Source: Octopus vulgaris (Eukaryota). Taken from it: a stretch of 64,000 nt of DNA. The position numbers and the translations under genes are program-made. The DNA is taken from NCBI GenBank assembly GCA_951406725.2, contig OX597815.1, positions 12,896,001 through 12,960,000 of the forward strand, read 5' to 3'. A model generated the notes under the pieces. The model had not been told where the DNA came from and did no database searches. It worked only from the letters and a program-made list of their open reading frames with translations. Shown in pieces: positions 27,705 through 40,846 of this stretch. Numbering within the stretch: the first letter of the stretch is position 1; each line of letters opens with the position of its first letter.

Positions 27705-27855
27705 CAAATTTACAGGAAAACAAAAGACGAAGGCATGTGTATAAACAACAAGCAGGTGTATAAGTTTGACGGTCGGGAAAGTGAAAAATTATTTTACTTT
27801 TCGAGCATACGCTCTTCAGCTGAAAGGAATACAGAACGAAACAAGGAGAGACTTT
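27705..27855 (-). mobile_element. Solo Penelope pseudo-LTR
   Basis: Homologous to 16710 and 20277; abuts (TA)n. Confidence 0.7.
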
Positions 27856-27859
27856 GTGT

Positions 27860-28065
27860 CTGTGTTTGTCTCCTCCACATCTTGACAACCGGCGATCGTG
27901 TGTTTAGGTCGCGGTAACGTAACGGTTCAGCAAAGATATCGATAAAATAAGTATCAGGCTTTACAAATAAATAAGTACTGGCATCGTTACATTCGACTAA
28001 ATATTCTTCAAAGAGACGCTCCAGCATGGCCGTAGTCTACTGAGTGAAACAAGTAAAAGATACAA
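27860..28065 (+). mobile_element. 3' half of family C SINE
   Basis: CTTGACAACCGG...GCTCCAGCATGGCCG...GAAACAAGTAAAAGA. Confidence 0.75.
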
Positions 28066-30115
28066 AATAAAAAAAAAAATTAAAAACAAGTGTGTGCGTA
28101 TGTGGTTGTGAGTGTGCTTGTGTGTATCCATGCATAATTATATTTATGTATACATATACATATATGTGCCTGAGTTAGTGTTTGTGTGTCATGATTTGTC
28201 GCATGGGGTAAATAAATGTGAGTCCGTTGTTACTTAATGCATGTTGGGTTCTTTAATTAGCTCCGTGTATGTTCTGACGAATCTGTTGCTTTCTCCCGCA
28301 GAGTGAAAATAATAAGATGTTTCGGCGAAGTATTGGACTCAACCAGATCATATATATGTCATTTAATTTGTTGATACAGTTGTTACGATCGTTTTCGAAC
28401 CCACAATATACAAAATGAATATAGTTAACCATTTTCTCCATTGCAAGGCAACGCTCTACTGACAAAGCCGTCCCCATAAATTATTGACATGCGTTAGTCT
28501 ATGAATGGCTATACATGTTCTTTAATTATGGTAGCAAATGGAATGACATATCTTCAATCGTGAATCGTGGATTTATGTTTTAAACGCGCGGAATCGATTA
28601 TTATCAGTTACCATAATATATATATAGCTGAGTTAGAAAGCCTTTTACACTTTATTTTCCAGTTTACAAACGTGTCTATATATTTCATGAATAGAGAATC
28701 TGTAAATATTTTTAGCACAAATCCTAGAACAGAAATAGTATTGTAAGCGTACACTTGCCACGTAACAAAACATATAAGGAAACATCATTTCTAATCAGCT
28801 ATAACACAGTAGTGGTTAATGAATAGCGTCTGATTGACGGTATAATGTAAAATGTACGAACATTAATGTTCTTTAGGTTGTGTAGTTAAAAAGAGAGAAA
28901 ATAAATGAGTTCATTCACAGCTGATTATTTAAAAGCTAAACTATACAACTGGAGTACAGAACACATGCACAAAATGACCTCGGTGAATGAACTGAGTGTT
29001 AAGTGAAAGAATAACATTTAGAGTGCTTCCACAAGAGTAAAATTTAGTTTATAAAGTATCAATGAATTGTGTAAAAACTGTGTTTACCTCACCTTAATTC
29101 GGATCTTTGACGAAGTGATGTTTCGAACACAACTGTAATGCGTTACAGAATCTCCTAACAAACAGTATTGATGTTAAATTCGATAACTGGAGAATAGATC
29201 TTATTTTGTCAGAAACATTCAGATATAGCACTACATAGAAAACTAAATCAGAACTGACAAAATCATTTCATTCCATACGTGTGCAGTATATTATATTTGA
29301 TAGATCAGCTAATCATATCAAACTAAAATCTATACCAAACCAATTTTCATTATAATCCATGTGAGAGATACTGCTCAGGAAATAATAGGTTGAAATAAAA
29401 CGAAAACAAATATGCATAAAATCATTAAGACATCTATTTCATTGCCATTCTATTTTATTTCTCTACATAACATTTTGTGGCAAACTCTGTTTATATGCTT
29501 TCAATGCAATTTCATGTTTACTCACAGATTTGAGGAAACAAAACAAAGAAAAAATATATAAATGTGAGCGAAAGAATCACCTTTGAATGGCTTTGCTTTT
29601 AATACAACTGTTTAAAAGCGAAAGAGGATGTATTTATTTTATTTTTCTATATATTTCTCGGTTTCTATTCTGTTGGTGATATAATGATGAGATACATTTA
29701 ATATATGTTGTTTTGTCATTGCAAAACTCACAACCATTAACATTGTATACAACTTACATTATTTTGTATGTAGAGGTAGATAATATCAAAATATTGATAT
29801 ATGTGTGATTTCTCCATTTATGATGTTGATATAAAAATAGATTAACATATGTATGTAATGCAAACGTCCGGTAAACTTTAAATGCTTTTTGTAACACGAC
29901 CGCAGAGATAAAATTTTCGCGGTGAGAGTAAGAGGGTGAAATTAGATTGTGTAAGATCACATTCGACCGAATTACAGCTTAAACTACTAAAAATCGAAGG
30001 CTTTCTCTTGTGTCACAACGAATGTCAAACCTCTACAGTAATTGGTCTAACACATATATCAACGTACCTACCTACATACATATATATTTAGCTATCAATC
30101 ATTCTCTCTCTCTCT

Positions 30116-30158
<43 letters not shown>

Positions 30159-30263
30159 TGTCTTTCTGTCTCTGTCTTTGTGTCAGTCGAACTAGTCTTT
30201 CTCTATTTCCCTCTTACTCTCTCTTTTCTCTCTCTCTTTCTATCTATTTATCTATTTATCTAA

Positions 30264-30321
<58 letters not shown>

Positions 30322-30324
<3 letters not shown>

Positions 30325-30545
30325 GGAGTAAACGCATTAATGTGAAACAAGGTGGAAAAAAGAGTACTCAAATACCAGTGGTAGAGTAATATGCTTTATT
30401 TAAAAGCAGCAGAAAAATTCAACAAAACCTGTTACTCTGAGTTTCACGCTCCCGTTCGTCGGACAGTTATTGCTCCGACGAACGGGAACGTGAAACTCAG
30501 AGTAACAGGTTTTGTTGAATTTTCTGCTGCTTTCAAATAAAGTAT
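30322..30545. mobile_element. Inverted pair of Penelope pseudo-LTR fragments in (TA)n
   Basis: About 72-bp arms (30391-30463 / 30474-30545), each carrying an HHR core. Confidence 0.8.
30429..30466 (-). ncRNA. Minimal type I hammerhead ribozyme (CCGACGA core)
   Basis: CTGT-CCGACGA-ACG ggag CGT-GAAACTCAGAGT-A-ACAG: stem I, stem II, near-palindromic stem III and GUA site. Confidence 0.7.
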
Positions 30546-30876
30546 ATATATATATATAAGCAACTATATGAAAGCATTATTACTTTTCAGTTGAAGATAG
30601 TAACATCTATTTCCAAAACATTGCCTACGTCAACTCGTGTGCGTTTCGAACTTTACATGTCTCGCACCGTTTAAAGGGAAAACTATCGCAAGCAATAAAA
30701 AAGTAATTATATGAATGCATTATTACTGTTGAAAACAGCAGTAATGAGGCGATTATCATGACTTCTACCTTCATAGGTATAATATTAAATATTTCAATAA
30801 AAGAAGGGGAAAAAATACCGCTTGTCAAAGATAAAAGCGAAAGCCTCAAAACCCACTACGGTAAATACACACAAGA

Positions 30877-31260
30877 GGAGGCGCAATAGCCTAGTAGTTA
30901 GGGCTGCGGTCTCGCGGTCATAGGATCGCGGTTTCGATTCCCAGACCGGGCGTTGTGAGTGTTTATTGAGCGAAAACACCTAAAAAGCTCCACGACGCTC
31001 CGGCAGGGGATGGTGGTGATCCCTGCTGTACTCTTTCACCACAACTTTCTCTCACTCTTACTTCCTGTTTCTGTCGTACCTGTATTTCATAGGACTGGCC
31101 TTGTCACTCTCTGTGTCACGCTGAATATCCCTGAGAACTACGTTAAGGGTACACGTGTCTGTGGAGTGCTCAGCCACTTACACGTTAATTTCACGAGCAG
31201 GCTGTTCCGTTGATTCGGATCAACCGGAACCCTCATCGTCGTAACCGACGGAGTGCTAGA
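30877..31260 (+). mobile_element. tRNA-derived SINE, family A
   Basis: 14-bp TSD AATACACACAAGAG (30864-30877 / 31264-31277). Confidence 0.92.
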
Positions 31261-32005
31261 GAGAATACACACAAGAGCAATGCAATGAACAATTCCCCAA
31301 AAAATAGGCCTACCTTCAGGATGGAATTTGAAGATAATTTACATACCCCAATATCAATTGATTTCATGCTGTGCATGAGAAGACATGCTTTGCAATCTGC
31401 TGTTGGAGATAGTAACATCTATTTCCAAAATATTCCCTACGTCAGCTCGAACTTTAAACGTCCCGCTCCGTTTAAAGAGAAAATTATCGCAAGCAATAAA
31501 AAAAGCAACACTATGGAAGCATTATTACTGTTACAAACAATAATAATGAGGTGGTTAGAAAGACTTCTACCTTTTTTGAAATGTTCATTACATTATTCGT
31601 TTGTGTGTATATCGTAAGACAGCTGGGTTATGAAGCGTTCACTTTCATCTTTGGTGGCATTTTTACCCTTCATTTATTCACTTACATGGATCTGCTTGAA
31701 ACGATCGTACTGCATAAATACTTGACATCGTGTTGCTTATTTCGATTTTATTCACCTGATTTCGAGGTGTGCGAACAATACCGGACTGATTTGGTGCTTC
31801 AACTTAAGTACCTAATATAAGAAATAATTGGGATTCAGTTGAATCCTAATTATCTCTTATATATAAATTATAAATTGGGGTATCTACGAGAAACCACCAT
31901 GCTGAAAATAGCAGCCATGATCTTATTCTAAAGCCACCTTAATTGTCCATATATCAACCCGGAGAGAGAACAAAGAGACAAGAGGAAACTAGTAAAAAAT
32001 TACTG

Positions 32006-32855
32006 TAGTTTCATCCTGTTTCTTTGTTTTCTCTCCGTGTTGATATTTTTGTTTCTTTTTTCAGTTTTAGCTCCGAGCTGCAGCCATGCTAATGCACCAC
32101 CGTTTTGTGCTACACTGTTATTGCTAAGATCCTCCTCTAATATGTGGCACTTGATAAAGAATGGAGTTTGGAATAGCTATACTCATTTGCACCCCTTGCC
32201 GTGATGTAGGATCAACTGGGAATCTCGACAAGAAGAGGTCCAGCTTTGATTGAAAAACCGCTACATCTACTGTGTGCAAGTACCTCAGACTCTTTGGAAG
32301 AATATTAAAAAGGTGTGGGCCCTTGAAACCCAGGCTGTTGCAATAGTTGTTCCTGAAGCGTGACGGAATTGCTGGGATCTTTGGCACTATGCAGTGTCGT
32401 CCCGTTCTGGCATTGGTGAAGCATTCAATGCCAAAATTTGGCACAATTCCTTCTAGGATCTTCCAGATATATATTACTGCATACCTGCCCTGTCTTCCTT
32501 CCAGAGAGTAGAATCTTATCAGTTTCGGCCATTCCCAATAGCTGAGCTGTTGCAAAGAGACGATCTTGTTTGTGAATCTTCTCTCGATTGTTTCCAGGTC
32601 CGCTGTTAATTTCACACTGGTGGGTGACCATAGCTGTGAGCAGTAATCCAGGCGGCTGAGGACGAATGTCCGCCAGAGGACCATCATGGTTTCCTTATCT
32701 CTGGTTCTGAATGTTCTTAAGATCCATCCAGCCAATCGTCTGCACTTAGTCGCCATCCTGGTAATGTGCACTTGGAAAGAAGTATCCTCACTCATGCCGA
32801 TACCCAGGTCCCTCACTGACTTAGGCTCTGGGATTGAAATTCCCTGTGGACCGGT
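32006..32855 (-). mobile_element. 5'-truncated CR1-group LINE (ORF2 C-terminus plus 3' UTR)
   Basis: ORF 32124-32816: RDLGI..S....F..HI...ILRTF..R....VLSRLDYCSQLWSP...LETIERRFT...LSYWE. Confidence 0.88.
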
Positions 32856-33055
32856 GCACCATGTAAGTTTAATATATATATGGACATTTCAGCTGGTTTT
32901 AGAGTCAGTTCATGGCTGTTATTTTCAGCATGCTGGTATCTCGTAGATACCCTAATTTATAATTTTCATAATTATTACCGTTGAAGGTTATATTATTTCT
33001 ATGCTGACCACTTGATAAAATCGTTGTTTTGTTTTGAATTAAATTAACGATCTTA

Positions 33056-33096
<41 letters not shown>

Positions 33097-33764
33097 GTAT
33101 GTATGTATGTGTGTGTGTGTGTGTGAATGCAAGTGTAGTATATATACATAATGAAACCATTTTGGCGGCAATATACGCGTGGTTGTATATGTGTTGTGCT
33201 TGTCTGCGTGGGAGTCTTGGCATGTGACCATACATAATTCAGCTGATATAGTTGCTCTAGATATGTACAGATAAGCACAGGTGTGAATATATGTCTGTTG
33301 CGTGTATACACACACAAACATACACATATGTATATAAATATGTGTGTGTATATGTATGCTTGCGATTCAACTGAATGTGTGCGTGCAAATGCATGTGTAA
33401 AGTACAGACTTTCGTGTTTGAATAGTTCACGATCACGCTCATAATACATGAGATTTTGAATTAATTTTCATACATTCCAGCCGTACTTTTACACAGAATT
33501 TTGTCTATCTTTAAACTCTGCCTATGAAGACACTTATATAAATGGGAATTGTTTATATATCAAAAAAATGTTTATAAGTCGAATCAAATTGTTGGTACTT
33601 TGATGTTTTAATAATTGTTTATATTTATACTATGTTATATTATATTCATAGTATATAATGTTATATTAAAATATAAACAAACTAATGGATTGTCAGTTGT
33701 ATCTTTTATTTAATTTTATCTATGTAATTTGCATTATACCCATATTGTTGAGGTAAGTGAAATT

Positions 33765-34483
33765 GAAATCGAAATCAAATTCGATTACTGGCATCCGTGT
33801 TAGTGGAGCGCTAAGAGAAACATACGAATGAGATCGGGGCCAGAGCAACAAGCTGGCTTCCGAGCCGACAGTACTTTAAAAACACCGTTTGAGCATGATC
33901 TATTTCTTTACTACCCACAAGGGGTTAAACATAGAGAAGACAAACAAGGATAGACAATCGGATTATGTCAATTATATCGACCCCAGTGCGGAACTGGTAC
34001 ATCCCGAAAGGATGAAAGGCAAAGTCGACCTCGGCGGAATTTGAACTCAGAACGTAGCGACAGACGAAATACAGCTACGCATTTCGCCTGGCGTGCTAAC
34101 GGTTCTGCCAGCTCGCCGCCTTTACCAGCTCGCCGATCGTTACCTGCGCCGTCTTACTAGCACTTGTGCCAGTGGCACGTGAAAAAACATTCGAGCGAGG
34201 TCGTTGCCAGTGCCGCTGGACTGGCTCCTGTGCAGCTGGCTCATAAAAGCACCATTTGCGCGTGGCCGTTGCCAGTACCGCCTCACTGGTCTTTGTGCCC
34301 GTGGCACGTAAAAGCACCCACTACACTCTCGGATTTGTTGGCATTAGGAAGGGTATCCAGCTGTAGAAACTCTGCCAGATCAGATTGGAGTCTGGTGCAG
34401 CGATCTGGTTCGCCGGTCCTCAGTCAAATCGTCCAACCCAAGGTAGCATGGAAAACGGACGTTAAACGACGACGATGATGATG
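33765..34483 (+). mobile_element. SINE-like element with internal ~60-bp repeats and RTE-type tail, interrupted by a family M SINE
   Basis: Repeats TGCCAGT..GC....CTGG..CCTGTGC..GTGGCACGT.AAAAGCAC; tail GGAAGGGTATCCAGCTGTAGAAAC...GGACGTTAAACGA(TGA)n. Confidence 0.7.
33901..34122 (-). mobile_element. SINE family M nested insertion
   Basis: Reverse complement of the family M unit; GATC on both sides. Confidence 0.85.
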
Positions 34484-34496
34484 ATATATATATATA

Positions 34497-34725
34497 TAAA
34501 CTTAGACTTAAACTTAGATATGTTTCGACCAATGATTGGTCCAGGCCATGTCTAACTTAATAGCACCACCTGCTAGGATTATTTGAATCCTGTTTAAATC
34601 AAATTTTGTTTATGGTCCATTCAGGTAGTGAGTTTTTGTTGGGTGAGTTATATCCAATTATGGGTGGCTTATCTGGTATTCCTTGAAGGAATCTATCTAG
34701 ATTCCGTTTAAAGTTAATGGGATCC
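34497..34725 (-). mobile_element. 3' end of a second CR1-group LINE
   Basis: DPINFKRNLDRFLQGIPDKPPIIGYNSPNKNSL C-terminal motif and short tandem tail (TCTAAGTT-like). Confidence 0.7.
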
Positions 34726-35263
34726 TTATCCTCTTTGATCTCTTTGATATATATATATATATAATTGATCTCTTCTGATATATATAATTATATGTGGAAG
34801 CTTATGTGCGCGTGTGTGTGTGTGTTTATATGGGTTATATGTATATACAAACACACACACAGACAGACACACACATTTATGCAAAAGAAAACCAAAGACA
34901 TCATTCATCTCATGTTTGCTTTCAGCATTTTACCTATATTTCATGAGCATATGATGGTCATTATGTATCTAATAAATACTACAAAATCCAGGATCCATGT
35001 CAAATCGTCAGACGCATGTAACTTTATAGAAAACTTCACTAAAATAGAAAGACACCTGAATTCAACATCGTGGAAATCATTAACGATCTGAGTAGACGTG
35101 GTTGTGGAGTGATGTTAGATTTTTGTCAGAGTGAAGGAAATTAATATACAATATAATAGGATGGAGCAGACAGAAAAGCGAATGGTCATTTTCCGGACTA
35201 ACATTGTATTGTTTCTCGTTATTGGTTGTTTACTTCTATGCTCTTTTCCTCTTCACAAGTGTG

Positions 35264-35301
<38 letters not shown>

Positions 35302-35555
35302 TCCGCAAAAATAAACGGACTCCCTCTTCATCTCTCTCTCTCGCTCTCTATCCTTCTCTCGCTCTTGCTCTTTTTCTGCATATACACACATACTGATGTA
35401 TACACCTACTAACATACATCTATTTAGAATTACACATACACAAAAACCACATAAATATATATTCACGTGCGCACTCATAATCATACATACATTCATACAG
35501 ATACATACAAACACTCATATAAAAATATTATATATATATATATATACATACAAAC

Positions 35556-35589
<34 letters not shown>

Positions 35590-35909
35590 CAGAAGGCCAT
35601 AAATTTCTCTAATATTTCGAAATTTAATTGTGCTCAACAACAATTTTGTTACGATAAACATCATTAAATACCTAATTACATAATTATGATATGTAATTAA
35701 TTAATCTAAATAAATGAAATTAAAATACGGATTTTAAATTCAGTATTTAAATTAATTAAATTTAATTAATTAATTGCGCACAACATTTTATTAATTATAC
35801 ACCTAATGATATACATCATAATGAACAAGCAGTTCAGAACAAAGTACGAACTATATGTTAGACTAAGGACGTTCTGTTAAATATGTTGCTGCTAGGTATC
35901 GTATTAGCT

Positions 35910-35910
35910 T

Positions 35911-35981
<71 letters not shown>

Positions 35982-36026
35982 ACATATATATATATATATA
36001 CACATATATATATATATGTATACATG

Positions 36027-36065
<39 letters not shown>

Positions 36066-36285
36066 TTATGTATCTATATGTATATTTATATATATATATG
36101 TATATATATATACATATATATATATACATATATGCATATATATATCCATACACACACATACATACATATGTGTGTATGAATATATATATACATATATGCA
36201 TATATATATTCATACGCACACACATACATACATATATATATATGTGTACATACATACACACACATATATATATATATATATACTC
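35910..36285. repeat. (TA)n/(TACA)n microsatellite block
   Basis: Direct reading. Confidence 0.95.
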
Positions 36286-37304
36286 ACACCTGTGGGGACA
36301 CACATGCATATATATACACACACACGTTGTCGCTCCATCTGGATATGTAACGAAGGATCTTCTTAACGGCCGTGTATTTCCATTTTATACACCAATTCTC
36401 TCACTGTACCTCACTGTGTTTTTTCTTTCTCTATATATCTTTCAATCTCTCTCACTCTCTTTTTCTCTCTTTATCTATCTAACTATCTATCTCTCCATCT
36501 ATTTGTCTGTCTATACACACACACACACACACACAGATATATGGATGTGCGTATGTGTGTATGTGTTTTTCTCATGCATCTTCAGCAACATACATACGTC
36601 CCAGGACCTACAGAGGTATTATATTATATGATGTAATCTCCTCCAAAGCTGCATATACGGTGATGCGTCAGTTTAAATACGAACATATATACAGTACAGT
36701 AAGGTATTATCATATATATATATACATGAGTATGATTTCATACGCTTGTGTATTTTCAAATTTCGGCAGAGTGTATACTTCCATCCAACAGTCCAAATCT
36801 AGATTCTATTTATTTAAGTTCTCCTCACTGAACTGCGACTATCGTATATGTTGTTGGATCGTGAATAATATAGCTTGCTCTACACAAATGAAATTTGACT
36901 ATTGATTCATTTGTACTTATTACGATAAAAGAGCAGCAGGGTTTTTGTTTGCAAGTAGTGACGTAGTTGCTACTACGGTTAGTTTATGTTAACTGTTAGA
37001 AATATTTTAAGTCCTTTTGCGAAGCAAATTTTACAACTTTTTCTTTTAATTTTCGGTGTATGAGGGGATTATATCAATGATAATCCGTTGAAGCCTAAAA
37101 TAAATACCTTTATATTTGAATCACTAAATATATTCATCCAGTGAAATCACGTTACATAATTTTCTGTTATTAAAAGTATGTCGTTGAACAATATCTTGGC
37201 AGTTATGTTTTTTTTATGTAGAACCGATGCAATATCCAATGTTATTTAGCGCATTTCCCCTTCAATATAGGTGCATATTAAGGAATATAATAATTGCTCA
37301 GTGT

Positions 37305-37675
37305 TTTGGAAGCACTCCGTCGGTCACGACGACGAGGGTTCAGGATGATCCGAATCAACGGAACAGCCTGCTCGTGAAATTAACGTGTAAGTGGCTGAGC
37401 ACCCCACAGACACGTGTACCTTTAACGTAGTTCTCGGGGATATTCAGCCTGACACAGAGAGTGACAAGGCCGGCCCTTTGAAATACAGGTACAACAGAAA
37501 CAGGAAGTAAGAGTGAGAGAAAGTTGTGGTGAAAGAGTACAGCAGGGATCACCAGCCTCGTGGAGCTTTAGGTGTTTTTGCTCAATAAACACTCACAACG
37601 CCCGGTCTGGGAATCGGAATCGCGATCCTATGACCGTGAGTCCGCTGCCCTAACCACTGAGCGATTGCGCCTCCA
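37305..37675 (-). mobile_element. tRNA-derived SINE, family A (small internal deletion)
   Basis: TSD AATTGCTCAGTGT (37292-37304 / 37675-37687). Confidence 0.9.
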
Positions 37676-38019
37676 ATTGCTCAGTGTCCACCTACTTTGA
37701 AGGCGACAATTGCCATATATTCTAAAGTTTTATGTGAAAACATTTACTAACTGAGAATCCATAGAAATTTGGGGATTAGGAGCTATCTTTATATACTTTC
37801 TTTTGTTCCTGAGTATTAATGTTTTCCTGGCGAGTCTTAGCGTGTATATTTTCCATTAATCCACCGTATGTAAAAACACTACTGGGTGTTTCATATTTGT
37901 CAGAAGTTTGAAATTTATCTATGAATGGATATATATATATGAGTGCGTGATTTTATACGTGCGTATGTGTATCTGTGTGGGAGTGCATGTATTCTTTATA
38001 GTAAAACGATAATAACAAA

Positions 38020-38800
38020 ACTCTTGGATCATGTCGCGGTAGGTGACATGGTCAGGACAGCTATTTGCGTGGAGTCAGGTTACTACAAAGAAAATATATT
38101 AGACGATAGGAAAGTGGAATGCAAAAACGAAAATTAACTGGTAGTCTAAAGGAGATGTGGACAAGAATACAGACGCCGTTGTAATGTAGCTCTGCTTAAT
38201 GAAGAAAGCCAGATATAGAAGAATTTATCTGTGCAGTGTCATATCAAATATTTAGGACAACTTACACTAAATGCCGCATTGAGAGAGATCGGCAGAGGTT
38301 GTGTGTTGATGAAGGTGACAAAGTACGGCGTATTTCGAATGAATATTTGAAGCTGGTAAAAAAAGAACGCTATGAAAAGAGACACGATAATATAGCAAGT
38401 ATAATTCATTCGGAGCCGTGTAATACTTGCGGATTGGATTGAGGCAAAATAAGGATACTATGGGATGCACTTTGATCATTATTTATTTTTAACTTTTTTG
38501 CTGAAAGCAGGATAAAGCGCCTGTGAAAACAGAGGGAACATCCTCTTTAATCTTTGATATTGCATGCAGCAGTGATTACAGAATATCGGGAAGAGAAGAA
38601 AAGGACTGATATAACGATTTTAACTAGAGATAAAAAAATACTGCTCCTATTGAAAATATGTGTTCTACCTAAACTTGCTGAAATTTTGGAGACACTGTGG
38701 ACCACGCTCAGAAAATGAAATGAAAAGAAAGGAGTGAATGTTAAGACCAAACATCTACTTGAATCGGTATAAATCTTCTGCAGAGTTCTGGAAACCTGAT
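38020..38800 (+). mobile_element. Decayed R4-clade (RLE) LINE 3' fragment
   Basis: KCR..., YEKRHDNIASIIH, EKKRTDITI motifs (zinc knuckle / RHN / RPD remnants). Confidence 0.6.
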
Positions 38801-38881
38801 AGAAAAGCACTAGCTTAATCCACTTCGTGCGAATTGCTGATAGATTATAATATCCTCCATGTTAAAGAGAATCAACAACGC

Positions 38882-39049
38882 GCAGGAGTGGCTGTGTGGT
38901 AAGTAGCTTGCTAACCAACCACATGGTTCCGGGTTCGGTCCCACTGCGTGGCACCTTGGGCAACAATCTTCTGCTGTAGCCCCGGGCCGACCAATGCCTT
39001 GTGAGTGGATTTGGTAGACGGAAACGGAAAGAAGCCTGTCGTATATATG

Positions 39050-39116
<67 letters not shown>

Positions 39117-39330
39117 ATGTGTTTGTGTGTCTGTGTTTGTCTCCCTAGCATTGCTTGACAACCGATGCTGGTGTGTTTACGTCCCCGTCACTTAACGGTT
39201 CGGCAAAAGAGACCGATAGAATAAGTACTGGGCTTACAAAGAATACGTCCCGGGGTCGATTTCCTCGACTAAAGGCGGTGCTCCAGCATGGCCGCAGTCA
39301 AATGACTGAAACAAGTAAAAGAGTAAAGAG
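38882..39330 (+). mobile_element. tRNA-derived SINE, family C with internal microsatellite
   Basis: Homologous to 3716-4158. Confidence 0.88.
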
Positions 39331-39414
39331 TAACAACTTCAGTAACAACAAAAATACCTACGACAGCAACAACGACGACGACGGTGACGACGACTACGAC
39401 GATGATGATGATAA

Positions 39415-39860
39415 TGAACATGTGAAAAGTACAGCCTAATCAAAGGCCCGGAAATGGTAAGAACATGAACCAGTAGGTGCCATCGGGAACAAGGAATATA
39501 AGACACTATGGTATTCTACGATCCAATGCGACTCCCTAATCGATGCTCGAAGACCAGACGTTGATGTGGTATATAATGGAAAAGGAAACTAGGAGTGTAG
39601 ATATTTCAATGTCTGGGATGCACGCATAGGTGACAAAGAACTAGAAAAGATTGAAAAGTACAAATAACAAAAAAGTGAAATTACAAGAATGTGGACCATG
39701 AGCAGAATGTGTCATTTCAGTAGTTGTAGGGGCACACAGAGCACTAACAATCAAATTTGATAAATAGATCACACATATCGGAATTGACACGAGGACAAAG
39801 CAATCCTAAAACACTGCTCTGCTTAGGATAGCTAGGATCATGAGCTAGAGTACGCGTATA
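39415..39860 (+). mobile_element. Decayed R4-clade RLE endonuclease fragment
   Basis: IDARRPDVDVV...IGDKELEKIEKYK...EITRMW...VVVGA remnants. Confidence 0.65.
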
Positions 39861-40002
39861 TTGAATGCCCTCCCTCGATGATAATTAACAACCTGCTTTC
39901 AAAGCTTATAATATGTGGAAAGCGTCCCTGTGAGATTTCTAACAGCAGGCTGTTGCCCGGTCTCCGAGAAGCTACTAAAGCAAACAATACAGAACGTTCT
40001 GC

Positions 40003-40845
<843 letters not shown>

Positions 40846-40846
<1 letters not shown>

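Noticed and set aside
28290-28480. Possible host exon after an acceptor-like TTTCTCCCGCAG
   Set aside because: No recognisable protein motif or convincing open frame with a donor site; needs RNA-seq
33518-33598. Decayed HHR-like motif (ATGAAGA-CACTTATA...TATAAGTC-GAATC)
   Set aside because: Several core positions deviate at once; cannot be distinguished from chance in AT-rich DNA
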